Positions 29,703 through 38,618 of a stretch of DNA of 64,000 nucleotides are shown piece after piece. The number at the start of each line of letters is the position of its first letter. Within the stretch, counting starts at the first letter, position 1. The stretch is from NCBI GenBank assembly GCA_020349965.1, contig CP070705.1, forward strand, positions 1,885,789 to 1,949,788. The letters are read 5' to 3'. The notes below the pieces were generated by a model. It was not told the DNA's origin. It saw only the letters and a list, made by a program, of their open reading frames with translations, and made no database searches. The translations under genes were made by a program, and so were the position numbers. This stretch comes from a candidate division WOR-3 bacterium (GTDB taxonomy: Bacteria > Hydrothermota > Tepidihabitantia > SM23-42).

Positions 29703-29710
29703 ATGCAATC

Positions 29711-30157
29711 ATGAACACTGAGGTATCGACGGAACGCAAGAACGCCAATCCGTACGTTGTCATCGAATGCCCTGAGAAGATACCCTGTGATCCCTGTGTC
29801 GATGCCTGCCCCAATGGTGCGATATCCATGCCCGGATCGATCATCGAACTGCCGCAGATCGATTATGAAAAATGCACCGGTTGTCTCGTCTGCATTCCGC
29901 GGTGTCCGGGCCTGGCGATATTCGTCGTCGACGACCGGCCAGAAGACCATTCGCTCGTCTACATACCCTATGAGTTCCTGCCCAGGCCCAAAAAGGGAGA
30001 TACGGCAAAGGGACTTGACCGGGATGGAAAAGAGAGATGCGATGTGACGATCATTAAGGTTATCGACGCCAAAAAGTTCGACCGTTGTGCCATAGTCGGA
30101 CTTTCGGTGCCAAAAGAACTCGCCCACGAAATCAGGGCGATCCGGATTACCGAGTAA
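29711..30157 (+). CDS. 4Fe-4S ferredoxin-type protein with C-terminal extension
   Basis: One complete cluster motif CTGCLVCIPRCP and one degenerate motif CDPCVDACP (Cx2Cx3CP). Confidence 0.7.
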   Translation: MNTEVSTERKNANPYVVIECPEKIPCDPCVDACPNGAISMPGSIIELPQIDYEKCTGCLVCIPRCPGLAIFVVDDRPEDHSLVYIPYEFLPRPKKGDTAKGLDRDGKERCDVTIIKVIDAKKFDRCAIVGLSVPKELAHEIRAIRITE

Positions 30158-30198
30158 CTTTTTGCATTGAATTTATGTCTAAATAGTGAGGTGAAAAG

Positions 30199-31785
30199 AT
30201 GATGAAAAGGATCTTATCTTCAATGTTTGTAATGCTTATCTGTGCCTTTGCTGGTGAGTATCTGGTGGATGTTGAGCTCACAGAAGAGAGGCTCTCCACC
30301 CTTGCACAAACAGGTGTTAGAATTCTGGCCGAACTGGAAAACTCTGCCGTCGTCCTGCTCGATGATGTTGATTTCGAGCGCATTTCCATGTTCAAGTACC
30401 GAATTCTCGACACGCCGTCAGTAACGGACGACTACTACATTGTGCGACCGATGAAAGGCGGAACCGACCTGACGCTATTCGGTGATATTCTCACCCGCGA
30501 TGGCGATGACTACGTCATTAACGTTCAGACCGACATGCTGGAATCACTCATCGATCAAAGAGTGATGCTGAAGCATCTGTCATTCACGCCCATGGTCATC
30601 CGGAGCGGAACTGAATTTCCTCCCGTGCGTTACAATCAAACTGTCGCTGATATCGTGAGCCTCATCAGCGCCGACAGTATATTGGCGAATGTCCAGAGGC
30701 TCCAGGATTTCCGAACGAGACTTTCGACCCATGATTCGTGCATGGCGGCGGCAAATTGGATCCGCGACAAGTTCCTCGCCATCGGTTGCGACACGGTCTA
30801 TTTTCAGTATCATACGACTGGACACGCGCCTAATGTGATTGCGGTCAAGGATGGCACGGTCTATCCCGATTCGATATATGGAATCATATGCGGCCACTTC
30901 GACTCGTTTGCCTTCAGCTCCCCAGAGCTTGCCCCCGGTGCCGACGACAATGCAAGCGGAACCTCGGCCGTGATCGAAGCGGCACGCGTCATGCGTAACT
31001 ACGACTTCGAATACTCAGTCCGATACATTGCATTCTCAGGAGAAGAAATGGGTCTATACGGAAGCGAATACTACGCCGAGAATGCCCGCTCTCAGGGCGA
31101 CAGCATTATCGGGGTCATCAACGGAGACATGATCGCATACGTTGACTTGCAGCCGGAGTCACTCGAGGTCATTGCCAAACCAACGAACCCCGCGTGCGGG
31201 CCCTTTGCAGACTTCTTCGCTGCTGTAGCCGATACCTATACGACCCTCGAGACGACCATTCAACTGTCAACGACGATGATCTACTCAGACCACTCACCCT
31301 TCTGGAATCAAGGCTATGTGGCATTGTGCAACATCGAGGACTGGCCAACCAATACTCCCTACGTTCACACGCCCGGTGATTCCATTGGAGCTGGATTTAA
31401 CGATCTTGCATTCTGCACCGATGCGACCAGAGCGGAAATCGCGGCGTTGGCTGTACTGGCAATCCCTGTTGGCACTGGAATCGATGAGCTAATAGCCGCT
31501 GGATCGGAAAATATCGGCCTCACAATACGACCGACGGTCGGGAGAGCCCTTTTCACGATCTCGCTAATGTCCCAATCCTCCAATCCTGCCAACTTGACGA
31601 TTCATGACGTTGCCGGCCGCGTCGTCAAGAATATATCCCTACCGGCATCAGAGGCAGGTCAACAGGTATCAGCTCTCTGGGATGGCACTGATGACGCGGG
31701 CAAGCAACTTCCGGCAGGTATCTACCTTGTCACGGCCGCAGACAGAGCACTTTCGGCGACCGCAAAGTTAGTGATGCTGCGGTAG
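30199..31785 (+). CDS. M28-family aminopeptidase with T9SS-type / FlgD-Ig-like C-terminal sorting domain
   Basis: 528 aa. Signal peptide. M28 core (HFDSF...DDNASGTSAVIEAARV...FSGEEMGLYGS). C-terminal ...LTIHDVAGRVV...GIYLVTAADRALSATAKLVMLR. Confidence 0.75.
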   Translation: MMKRILSSMFVMLICAFAGEYLVDVELTEERLSTLAQTGVRILAELENSAVVLLDDVDFERISMFKYRILDTPSVTDDYYIVRPMKGGTDLTLFGDILTRDGDDYVINVQTDMLESLIDQRVMLKHLSFTPMVIRSGTEFPPVRYNQTVADIVSLISADSILANVQRLQDFRTRLSTHDSCMAAANWIRDKFLAIGCDTVYFQYHTTGHAPNVIAVKDGTVYPDSIYGIICGHFDSFAFSSPELAPGADDNASGTSAVIEAARVMRNYDFEYSVRYIAFSGEEMGLYGSEYYAENARSQGDSIIGVINGDMIAYVDLQPESLEVIAKPTNPACGPFADFFAAVADTYTTLETTIQLSTTMIYSDHSPFWNQGYVALCNIEDWPTNTPYVHTPGDSIGAGFNDLAFCTDATRAEIAALAVLAIPVGTGIDELIAAGSENIGLTIRPTVGRALFTISLMSQSSNPANLTIHDVAGRVVKNISLPASEAGQQVSALWDGTDDAGKQLPAGIYLVTAADRALSATAKLVMLR

Positions 31786-31826
31786 ATAATAGTAGTAACA
31801 GGATCTGCATCAGATGACATAAAGGA

Positions 31827-32069
31827 TCAAGAAAGATCTTCTTCGATCCACTTCTTGATCTCGTCTTTTGCCGGTATTCTTCCTGAACATTTGACCTTGC
31901 CATTGATGACGAGGCCTGGTGGCGTCATGATCTTATATTCCATGATCCTTTTCATGTCCGTCACTTTCTGAACGTCGGCAGCGACGTTCAATTCGGCAAG
32001 GACATCGATCGTCCTCTTCTCCACTTCATGGCATCTTGGGCAACCAGGACCCAGGATCCTTATCTCCAC
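31827..32069 (-). CDS. Small thioredoxin-fold protein (redox-active disulfide protein 2-like, CPRC)
   Basis: 80 aa. GPGCPRCHEV motif. Confidence 0.7.
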   Translation of the reverse strand: MEIRILGPGCPRCHEVEKRTIDVLAELNVAADVQKVTDMKRIMEYKIMTPPGLVINGKVKCSGRIPAKDEIKKWIEEDLS

Positions 32070-32100
32070 ATTGCCTCCTTTCTCAAATACCTACAGGTCA

Positions 32101-32796
32101 TCATGATGTCATGATCAAATAAATACCACCAAGGATGACCAGAACGCCGCATATCTTCTTAACGATCAGAACCCCTTTTGATCTACCGGTCCAGTGCAAA
32201 TAGCGGTTCACGGTTTCGGTCAGTGTACCGGCCAGCACTATTATCGAGCAATGTCCAACACCATAAGCAAGCAGCAGGCCAATTGCAGAGAGCAATTCCT
32301 TGGCAGCGACCTTGAATACGACACCCAGCACAGGTGCCATAAAGGCAAAAGTGCACGGGCCCAGGGCCAGACCAAAGACCAGACCAATGGTCAATGCGCC
32401 GATCAATCCCTTGCTTCTCACTTGCCTACTACCTGACCCTGACCATGGCAACGGAATGAAATCAAGAAGGTGCAAACCAATGATGAAAAATATGCCGGCA
32501 ACAATATAATTGCCGATGGCCCCGATATCACCCAGCACGCGTCCGGCAATGGCGGTGATCAAGCCAACCAGTGCCATGGTTACCAGAATTCCCAAAGCAA
32601 AAAGCGAGGAAATCCAAAATGCTCTTCTTACCGATATCTTACCCTGTTCGTCAACGTAACCAATAATCAAGGGTATGCTGGCGAGATGGCAGGGGCTCAG
32701 AACAACACTGAGGATGCCCCAGATGAAAGATGCACTCAGGGCAATGAAAAAATCGCCTTCTATTGCCTTCGTCAACGCAGTAAACAACTGAACCAT
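32101..32796 (-). CDS. ccdA: Cytochrome c-type biogenesis / thiol-disulfide electron transporter CcdA (DsbD beta domain)
   Basis: 231 aa, 6 TM helices. The two conserved membrane-embedded Cys are in LSPCHLASIPL and LGPCTFAF. Confidence 0.8.
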   Translation of the reverse strand: MVQLFTALTKAIEGDFFIALSASFIWGILSVVLSPCHLASIPLIIGYVDEQGKISVRRAFWISSLFALGILVTMALVGLITAIAGRVLGDIGAIGNYIVAGIFFIIGLHLLDFIPLPWSGSGSRQVRSKGLIGALTIGLVFGLALGPCTFAFMAPVLGVVFKVAAKELLSAIGLLLAYGVGHCSIIVLAGTLTETVNRYLHWTGRSKGVLIVKKICGVLVILGGIYLIMTS

Positions 32797-33371
32797 CAGT
32801 CCACGCCCATCTCTTTAAGCTGTAGAATAATTTCTTCCTCGGGCATGAAACCCTGATGCCTGAAAACTTCTTCACCGTTGGCATCGAAAAATATCTGCGT
32901 GGGAATCAGTGTGATCTTGTATTTCCGGGACAGAGTGCTGTATTCACGAATGTCAATGATGAGGACCGATGCTTTCCCCTCAAGTTCGTGCTCCAATTTC
33001 TCCAGAATGGGTAACATCATTTTGCACGGTATGCACGTACTACGGCCAAAGTCTGCAACTACTGGCAGACCCTTCTTCAGTGCATTCTCGAGTGGATCTG
33101 CTGCCGTAGCAGGAACAGTGTCTTTAGTGCCCTCTCCGGGAAGATTCTCCGACGGTCCTGCGGGAGCGGATACACTTTCGGATATCGTCCTCTGTGATTG
33201 AATATGACCGCCGGCGGTGGAATCCTCAACGACGCTCATCGTATCCCTCGCGAGGTCATTCTCGCTGTTCTTGACCCCATTCGTGATTGCATACGTGGCA
33301 ACCACGGCAATCAGAATTACAGGCAGCCCTGCAATACGACACCAGAACACTAATCGCTCTATCTTCATCAA
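32796..33371 (-). CDS. Membrane-anchored periplasmic thioredoxin (TlpA/ResA-like)
   Basis: 191 aa. N-terminal TM anchor. Thioredoxin CIPC active site. Stop/start overlaps ccdA. Confidence 0.7.
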   Translation of the reverse strand: MMKIERLVFWCRIAGLPVILIAVVATYAITNGVKNSENDLARDTMSVVEDSTAGGHIQSQRTISESVSAPAGPSENLPGEGTKDTVPATAADPLENALKKGLPVVADFGRSTCIPCKMMLPILEKLEHELEGKASVLIIDIREYSTLSRKYKITLIPTQIFFDANGEEVFRHQGFMPEEEIILQLKEMGVD

Positions 33372-33432
33372 CGCCTCCTCAATGCTGATGCTTTACATTC
33401 GTCCTCATCGTTTTCAACATTACCGGCAGTCC

Positions 33433-34482
33433 TCATGACTTGAAAAACCACTTTGTTCTCTTGCATAACCAGACTATGAAGAGCATGATCGGAACCTCGG
33501 TCAGAACACCGGCAACCGTCGCAAGTGCAGCACCGGATCTCACACCGAAAAGTGTAGCCGCAACCGCTATGGCGACCTCAAAATGATTACTGCCCGCTAT
33601 GATCGCACTCGGTGCCGCGTCTTCATAACCGATTCCCACGATCTTGGCGACAAGATACGTCAGGACAAAGACCACGATGATATTCGCAAAGATACCGACC
33701 GTGATCATAGCGATGGCACCGGGCAGGCTGACGATAACATATCCCTGGAACGCAAAGAGAAGGACGAGGGTCACCAGGAGAGCGATCACCGACACAGTTT
33801 TAAGTGGGGCGACTACACGTCCATTGAACCAACCTAGCCCTTTCTTTTTTATACTGATTGAACGGGTGAAATAGCCGGCGGCCAAAGGAACACAGATATA
33901 AATTAAAACGGAAAATGCTATCGTCGCCCACGGTATGGGTATGCCGGACACACCAAGTAGAAATCCGGCCAACGGTGCATACAGGACAACCATTGACAGG
34001 GAATTGACCGCACACATGACCAATGTATGAGCCATGTTCCCTTCCGCAAGATAAGACCACATGAGAACCATCGCCGTGCACGGTGCGACACCGAGCAATA
34101 TCATGCCCGCACGGTACTCCAGTGCGATATCGTGCGGTAAGAGATTCTTGAAGACAACACCGAGAAATAACCAGGCGAAGAAAGCCATGGTAAACGGTTT
34201 GATAGCCCAGTTTGCGATCAGGGTCGTAGCGATAGGTTTTGGTGCCTTACCTGCAGTGAGAACGCGGCGGAAATCAATCTGCACCATGATCGGATAAATC
34301 ATCCAGAACAGGCAGACGGCAATAGGTATTGATACCTTGGCAATCTCAAGACTGCTCAACGTGACGCTCAAACGAGGGAATAATCTACCTATGGCAATGC
34401 CGGCTAAAATACAAAGAAATACCCACAGAGTGAGATATTTCTCCCACAAACCGAGGCTCCTGGTCTTTTCACTGTTTTCCAT
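33433..34482 (-). CDS. acr3: Arsenite efflux transporter, ACR3 family
   Basis: 349 aa, 10 TM helices. N-terminal LGLWEKYLTLWVFLCILAGIAIG, typical of Acr3/ArsB-type. Confidence 0.85.
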   Translation of the reverse strand: MENSEKTRSLGLWEKYLTLWVFLCILAGIAIGRLFPRLSVTLSSLEIAKVSIPIAVCLFWMIYPIMVQIDFRRVLTAGKAPKPIATTLIANWAIKPFTMAFFAWLFLGVVFKNLLPHDIALEYRAGMILLGVAPCTAMVLMWSYLAEGNMAHTLVMCAVNSLSMVVLYAPLAGFLLGVSGIPIPWATIAFSVLIYICVPLAAGYFTRSISIKKKGLGWFNGRVVAPLKTVSVIALLVTLVLLFAFQGYVIVSLPGAIAMITVGIFANIIVVFVLTYLVAKIVGIGYEDAAPSAIIAGSNHFEVAIAVAATLFGVRSGAALATVAGVLTEVPIMLFIVWLCKRTKWFFKS

Positions 34483-34540
34483 TACTTACTCCCATTCCTC
34501 CCAGCGCGTTCGTATCGTTCCATCCGTCTCGATCCAATTC

Positions 34541-35722
34541 CTAGAATAAGAACCCGTAGAACCAACCAATAAGAGTCGACAGCACGATAACCAAAATTAC
34601 AAAGACGACCGTTCTCTCTGTACCCATGATACCGCGGATCACGAGCATATTGGGCAGACTCAATGCCGGACCGGCAAGAAGTAATGCCAGGGCAGGACCC
34701 CCTCCCATGCCACTGCCCAGAAGCCCCTGGAGTATCGGCACTTCGGTGAGCGTGGCAAAGTACATGAATGCACCGGCGATCGAAGCAAATAAGTTGGCAA
34801 ATAGTGAATTGCCGCCGACAGACATTGCCACAAAACGTGAAGGAATGATACCGGCGTCATTGTTTGGCCGACCAAGCAGAAACCCGGCGATCAAAACGCC
34901 GGCAAAGAGAAGCGGCAGGATCTGTCTGGCAAAAGTCCATGTCGAAAACATCCAGTCATTTATCTCATTCTTTCTGAACCAGGAAGATAACATGACGAAC
35001 AAGATAATGAGCATTGCGCCGGTCAGGTACCAGTGGACACTGTAGACCGCATTCCAAAGCCCGACAGCCTCTTTCGGTTTTGCCCAGGCCGCAAAGATCA
35101 ACACTAAAATGAGGACAAGAAAATACAAAGCATTCTGACCGAGCGAACGTGATTTACCTGCCGTTGGTTCGGCTGTGATAAGATCCTCACCCTCTTTCTT
35201 CTTGTCTTTAAAGAAGATCGACATCAAGAGGCCGATGATCACCGAGAACGCAATCGCGCCGATCGCGCGCGCAAGACCTAACTCAGGACCGAGGACCCGC
35301 GCCGTAAGGATTATCGCAAGAATATTTATTGCCGGTCCGGCATAGAGGAATGCTGCAGCAGGTCCGATACCCGCACCTCTCGTATATATCCCGGCAAACA
35401 TCGGTAAAACCGTACACGAACAGACCGCAAGAATGCTCCCAGATACCGATGCAACGCCATAGGCCAGCACCTTATTTGCTTTGGCACCGAAGTACTTGAC
35501 GACCGCTTCTTTGGAAATGAAGCTGCTTATTGCTCCGGCAATGAATAAGGCTGGTATCAAACAGAATAGAACGTGCTCCCGGGCATAATCCTGAAGCATA
35601 AGAAATCCTTCGAGGATCGCACCCCTGATCCTCACGCCGTCGAGTGGGACGAAATAGAGAATCACAAATACGGCGATGAAAACCAACAGCCGGGTTCTAT
35701 CTTTCATCTTCCTTCTCCTCAA
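34541..35722 (-). CDS. arsP: COG0701 permease, ArsP-like (organoarsenical efflux permease). An alternative later start MKDRTRLL is possible.
   Basis: 393 aa polytopic. The CSC motif in ILAVCSCTVLP resembles the ArsP TPFCSCSxxP motif. Co-operonic with arsR and acr3. Confidence 0.6.
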   Translation of the reverse strand: MRRRKMKDRTRLLVFIAVFVILYFVPLDGVRIRGAILEGFLMLQDYAREHVLFCLIPALFIAGAISSFISKEAVVKYFGAKANKVLAYGVASVSGSILAVCSCTVLPMFAGIYTRGAGIGPAAAFLYAGPAINILAIILTARVLGPELGLARAIGAIAFSVIIGLLMSIFFKDKKKEGEDLITAEPTAGKSRSLGQNALYFLVLILVLIFAAWAKPKEAVGLWNAVYSVHWYLTGAMLIILFVMLSSWFRKNEINDWMFSTWTFARQILPLLFAGVLIAGFLLGRPNNDAGIIPSRFVAMSVGGNSLFANLFASIAGAFMYFATLTEVPILQGLLGSGMGGGPALALLLAGPALSLPNMLVIRGIMGTERTVVFVILVIVLSTLIGWFYGFLF

Positions 35723-36035
35723 TTGCCGCCAGTAACGTAGTACTTTCTCGCAGGTCGCGAAGGACGAGGTTTTCCAATTGGTCGATAATCCCGTAGACCC
35801 TCTGATCAGTCACTCTATACCAGACCTCGATGCCCCGCTTCTCACTCTGAACGATGTGCGCCCTTCTCAAAATCGCAAGATGGTGAGAAACATTGGACTG
35901 CTCACCCCCGACATAAGGTATTATCTTGCAGACGCAGCATGGGCCTTCACGGAGTTTATCGAGGATTCTGAGGCGTAACGGATGAGCTAAGGCACTTAGG
36001 ATTTCCCCCTTTTTCCTTATAATCTCCTGCTTCAT
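35697..36035 (-). CDS. arsR: ArsR-family As(III)-responsive repressor
   Basis: 112 aa. Winged-HTH region LAHPLRLRILDKL, the CVC metal site (GPCCVCKI) and SHHLAILRRA. Confidence 0.8.
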   Translation of the reverse strand: MKQEIIRKKGEILSALAHPLRLRILDKLREGPCCVCKIIPYVGGEQSNVSHHLAILRRAHIVQSEKRGIEVWYRVTDQRVYGIIDQLENLVLRDLRESTTLLAAIEEKEDER

Positions 36036-36040
36036 ATATG

Positions 36041-36068
36041 ATTATATGTAGATATTGTCATATGTCAA
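36041..36068 (-). promoter_or_regulatory. Consensus promoter TTGACA-16-TATAAT on the minus strand, immediately upstream of arsR. The -10 ends 5 nt from the ATG, so the transcript is probably leaderless.
   Basis: Minus-strand TTGACA at 36068-36063 and TATAAT at 36046-36041. Confidence 0.6.
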
Positions 36069-36074
36069 CAATAT
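36052..36074. promoter_or_regulatory. Inverted repeat ATATTGT-N9-ACAATAT overlapping the arsR -35 and spacer; candidate ArsR operator
   Basis: 7-bp perfect arms read directly from the sequence. Confidence 0.45.
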
Positions 36075-36108
36075 TTTCCTTTCATCCGCTGAACTTTACA
36101 CGAGCTGT

Positions 36109-36489
36109 TTACCTGATATGGTCTGGACATGAAACGCGGCCCGATTGCGGGTCGTAATCATAGGCGTTCTGTGTTACCGGACAATGGAGATCCCGTTCAG
36201 AGATGCCTTCGACCATTTCCAAAGTCTCTGGATATCGGCCATTTTGAACGCTGTACATCTGCACCTGGATTTCTATCTTCTTCACCTGGGCCAGGCACTC
36301 GACGCTCTGCGCCCTCTCTATCGGACTGACCGCTGCACTATCACCGCCGCCCTTTCCCGACATATAACCGATGACGAGAAAGGCGACGAGACCTACTACT
36401 AAAAGCGACATGATGAGAGAGAGCGCGGACAAACCAGGATGCTTCATCACTTGCACAGCAAAATATACGGATATGTGAAATAATGTCAA
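36109..36489 (-). CDS. Hypothetical small membrane-anchored Cys-containing protein (probable start at MKHPGLSAL..., 36447)
   Basis: One TM helix, then a ~80 aa domain with 4 Cys. No recognisable family. Confidence 0.4.
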   Translation of the reverse strand: MTLFHISVYFAVQVMKHPGLSALSLIMSLLVVGLVAFLVIGYMSGKGGGDSAAVSPIERAQSVECLAQVKKIEIQVQMYSVQNGRYPETLEMVEGISERDLHCPVTQNAYDYDPQSGRVSCPDHIR

Positions 36490-36516
36490 TGGGTACGAAA
36501 TTCTGTTACTTGACTA

Positions 36517-36544
36517 TTGACTTATCGGTGGAATTGGCTATTAT
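36517..36544 (+). promoter_or_regulatory. Candidate promoter TTGACT-16-TATTAT ~55 bp upstream of rpsH. TTGACT is duplicated in tandem at 36510 and 36517.
   Basis: Read directly from the sequence. Strong RBS CCAGGAGGA before the ATG. Confidence 0.5.
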
Positions 36545-36598
36545 TAATGTCTATGTTTAAAATCATGAGTCTATTGAAAGAGAATTCCAGGAGGATAG

Positions 36599-36982
36599 AT
36601 GGACCCAATTGCTGACATGTTAACCATCATCAGGAATGGCTGCCGTGGTCAGAAACAAGAGGTTACTGTGCCTTATTCGCGATTGAAGACCGAAATACTG
36701 AGGGTTATCCTCGAAGAAGGTTATATAAATAATTTTACGCTTGATGCCAAGAAAAAGAAGATAACGATCATGTTGAAGTATGCAAAGAACGGCGAATCAG
36801 TCATTCGCAATCTCGAGAGGGTCTCCAAATGTTCCCGTCGGCTCTATGTATCAAAAACAGATATCCGGCCGGTGCTAGGAGGTTTAGGTACGGCCATACT
36901 GACCACGCCCCTCGGCGTACTCAGTGACCGCGAAGCACGGCGCAAAGGTGTAGGCGGTGAAATCATCGCCCACGTATACTAA
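36599..36982 (+). CDS. rpsH: 30S ribosomal protein S8
   Basis: MDPIADMLTIIRNG... canonical S8 N-terminus. Confidence 0.95.
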   Translation: MDPIADMLTIIRNGCRGQKQEVTVPYSRLKTEILRVILEEGYINNFTLDAKKKKITIMLKYAKNGESVIRNLERVSKCSRRLYVSKTDIRPVLGGLGTAILTTPLGVLSDREARRKGVGGEIIAHVY

Positions 36983-36994
36983 TAGGGGGCATGG

Positions 36995-37564
36995 ATGTCA
37001 AAAAATCGTTTTCGTCCAATAGTGATTCCCAAAGGGGTGAAGATCACGTTGACTGATGCCACGCTTAAGGTAACGGGACCGCTGGGGAATCTCGAGCAGA
37101 AAATCTGTCCTAAGTCTCAGGTTATCATCGAACAGGATAAAATTTCGATACAGGCACTTGATAATACAAAACAGTCGGCGGCACAGCAAGGCACAATGAG
37201 GACATTGATTCTGAACATGATCGATGGCGTAATCAAAGGTTTTGAGAAGACCCTGATCATTGAGGGAACTGGCTACCGTGCACAAATGAGTGGCACAGGC
37301 TTACAACTATTCCTGGGTTATGTAAAGCCGAGGACCGTCGTGCTGCCCAAAGACATCAAGTGCGAACTGAAGGTCGTGAAGAGCGCGGAAAAGGGCGATC
37401 TGACATACATAACGCTTAAGGGAATCGATAAACAGAAGGTGGGCGACATCGCGGCACTGATCAAGAAGACTAGAAAACCGGACCCTTACAAACACAAGGG
37501 CGTTCGGTACGCAGACGAGACACTGAGGAAGAAGATCGGCAAGCGCGCAGTTGTACAAGCATAA
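36995..37564 (+). CDS. rplF: 50S ribosomal protein L6
   Basis: 189 aa. Order S8-L6-L18-S5-L30-L15-SecY. Confidence 0.95.
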   Translation: MSKNRFRPIVIPKGVKITLTDATLKVTGPLGNLEQKICPKSQVIIEQDKISIQALDNTKQSAAQQGTMRTLILNMIDGVIKGFEKTLIIEGTGYRAQMSGTGLQLFLGYVKPRTVVLPKDIKCELKVVKSAEKGDLTYITLKGIDKQKVGDIAALIKKTRKPDPYKHKGVRYADETLRKKIGKRAVVQA

Positions 37565-37919
37565 GGAGGAATGCTTGACACTAACCGGAAGACAAAAGAG
37601 GCATCAGAGTATAAGAAAGAAACTCACCGGTACGAATGAGCGTCCAAGGCTTTGTGTTTTCCGAAGCAACAAACACATCTATGCCCAGGTGATCGATGAC
37701 ACAAAACACAACGTGCTGCTCGGTTACTCCTCCTCCGAACTGAAGGGTTTGAAGAATAAGAATAAAACGGAAATAGCGACCGAAGTTGGCAAGACTATTG
37801 GCAAGCTCGCTATTGAGAAGGGTATTACGCATGTAGCATTCGACCGCGCCGGCTACAAGTACCATGGACGTGTCAAAGCGTTGGCAGACGGCGCCCGTGC
37901 TGCAGGATTGAAGTTCTAG
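37551..37919 (+). CDS. rplR: 50S ribosomal protein L18
   Basis: 122 aa basic protein in the canonical position. Confidence 0.9.
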   Translation: MYKHKEECLTLTGRQKRHQSIRKKLTGTNERPRLCVFRSNKHIYAQVIDDTKHNVLLGYSSSELKGLKNKNKTEIATEVGKTIGKLAIEKGITHVAFDRAGYKYHGRVKALADGARAAGLKF

Positions 37920-37930
37920 AAGGAGGTCCG

Positions 37931-38482
37931 GTGTTAGAATCTTCACCATTCATTGAGAAACTTATCGAGCTGAAGAGAGTCTCCAAAGTGGTCAAGGGAG
38001 GAAAAAGACTGAAGCTCTACGCATGTGTCGTCGTGGGTGATGGCACCGGGAATGTCGGCATCGGCCACGCAAAATCATCCGAAGTCGCCCCAGCAATCAG
38101 AAAAGCCACTGAGAGCGCAAAGAAGAAAATGATGAAGGTCGACGTCACAGAAGGCACAATACTGCATCCCACCATAGGAAAATACTGCGCCTGTAAGGTG
38201 GTCCTCAAGCCAGCGCTGATCGGTACGGGTATAATAGCATCGAGTGCCGTACGTGCGGTCTGTGAGGCTGCCGGTATCAAGAACATCCTCACCAAATCTC
38301 TAGGGTCGCATAATCCCACGAATCTCGCGCGGGCGACCATAAACGGACTGAAATCGATCCGCTCAGTCGCCGAGGTTGCCGAAATGCGTAACAAACCTAT
38401 AGAATACTTCATTAGGAAGAAACATGAGAAAATTGAAGATAACACTGAAAAAGAGCCTGATCGACAAACAGAAGAAGCATAA
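37931..38482 (+). CDS. rpsE: 30S ribosomal protein S5, with a ~20 aa acidic C-terminal extension overlapping rpmD by 59 nt
   Basis: KVVKGGKRLKLYACVVVGDGTGNVGIGHAKS S5 signature. Confidence 0.9.
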   Translation: MLESSPFIEKLIELKRVSKVVKGGKRLKLYACVVVGDGTGNVGIGHAKSSEVAPAIRKATESAKKKMMKVDVTEGTILHPTIGKYCACKVVLKPALIGTGIIASSAVRAVCEAAGIKNILTKSLGSHNPTNLARATINGLKSIRSVAEVAEMRNKPIEYFIRKKHEKIEDNTEKEPDRQTEEA

Positions 38483-38618
38483 GAAAACGCTCAAGGCTTT
38501 GGGCTTAACGAAGATAGGAAAAACAAGGATTTTTCCGGATAACGATGCTGTCCGGGGAATGATTGGGCAAGTATCCTACATGGTTGAGGTCGAGGAAATA
38601 GAACATGAAGCTAAATGA
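38424..38618 (+). CDS. rpmD: 50S ribosomal protein L30
   Basis: MRKLKITLKKSLIDKQKKHKKTLKALGL... L30 pattern. Confidence 0.8.
   Translation: MRKLKITLKKSLIDKQKKHKKTLKALGLTKIGKTRIFPDNDAVRGMIGQVSYMVEVEEIEHEAK

Noticed and set aside
31786-31826. Possible Rho-independent terminator between the convergent M28 peptidase and Trx genes
   Set aside because: The candidate hairpin (GGATCAAGAAAGATC / GATCTTCTTCGATCC) has three mismatches, no U-tract, and lies inside the Trx coding sequence.
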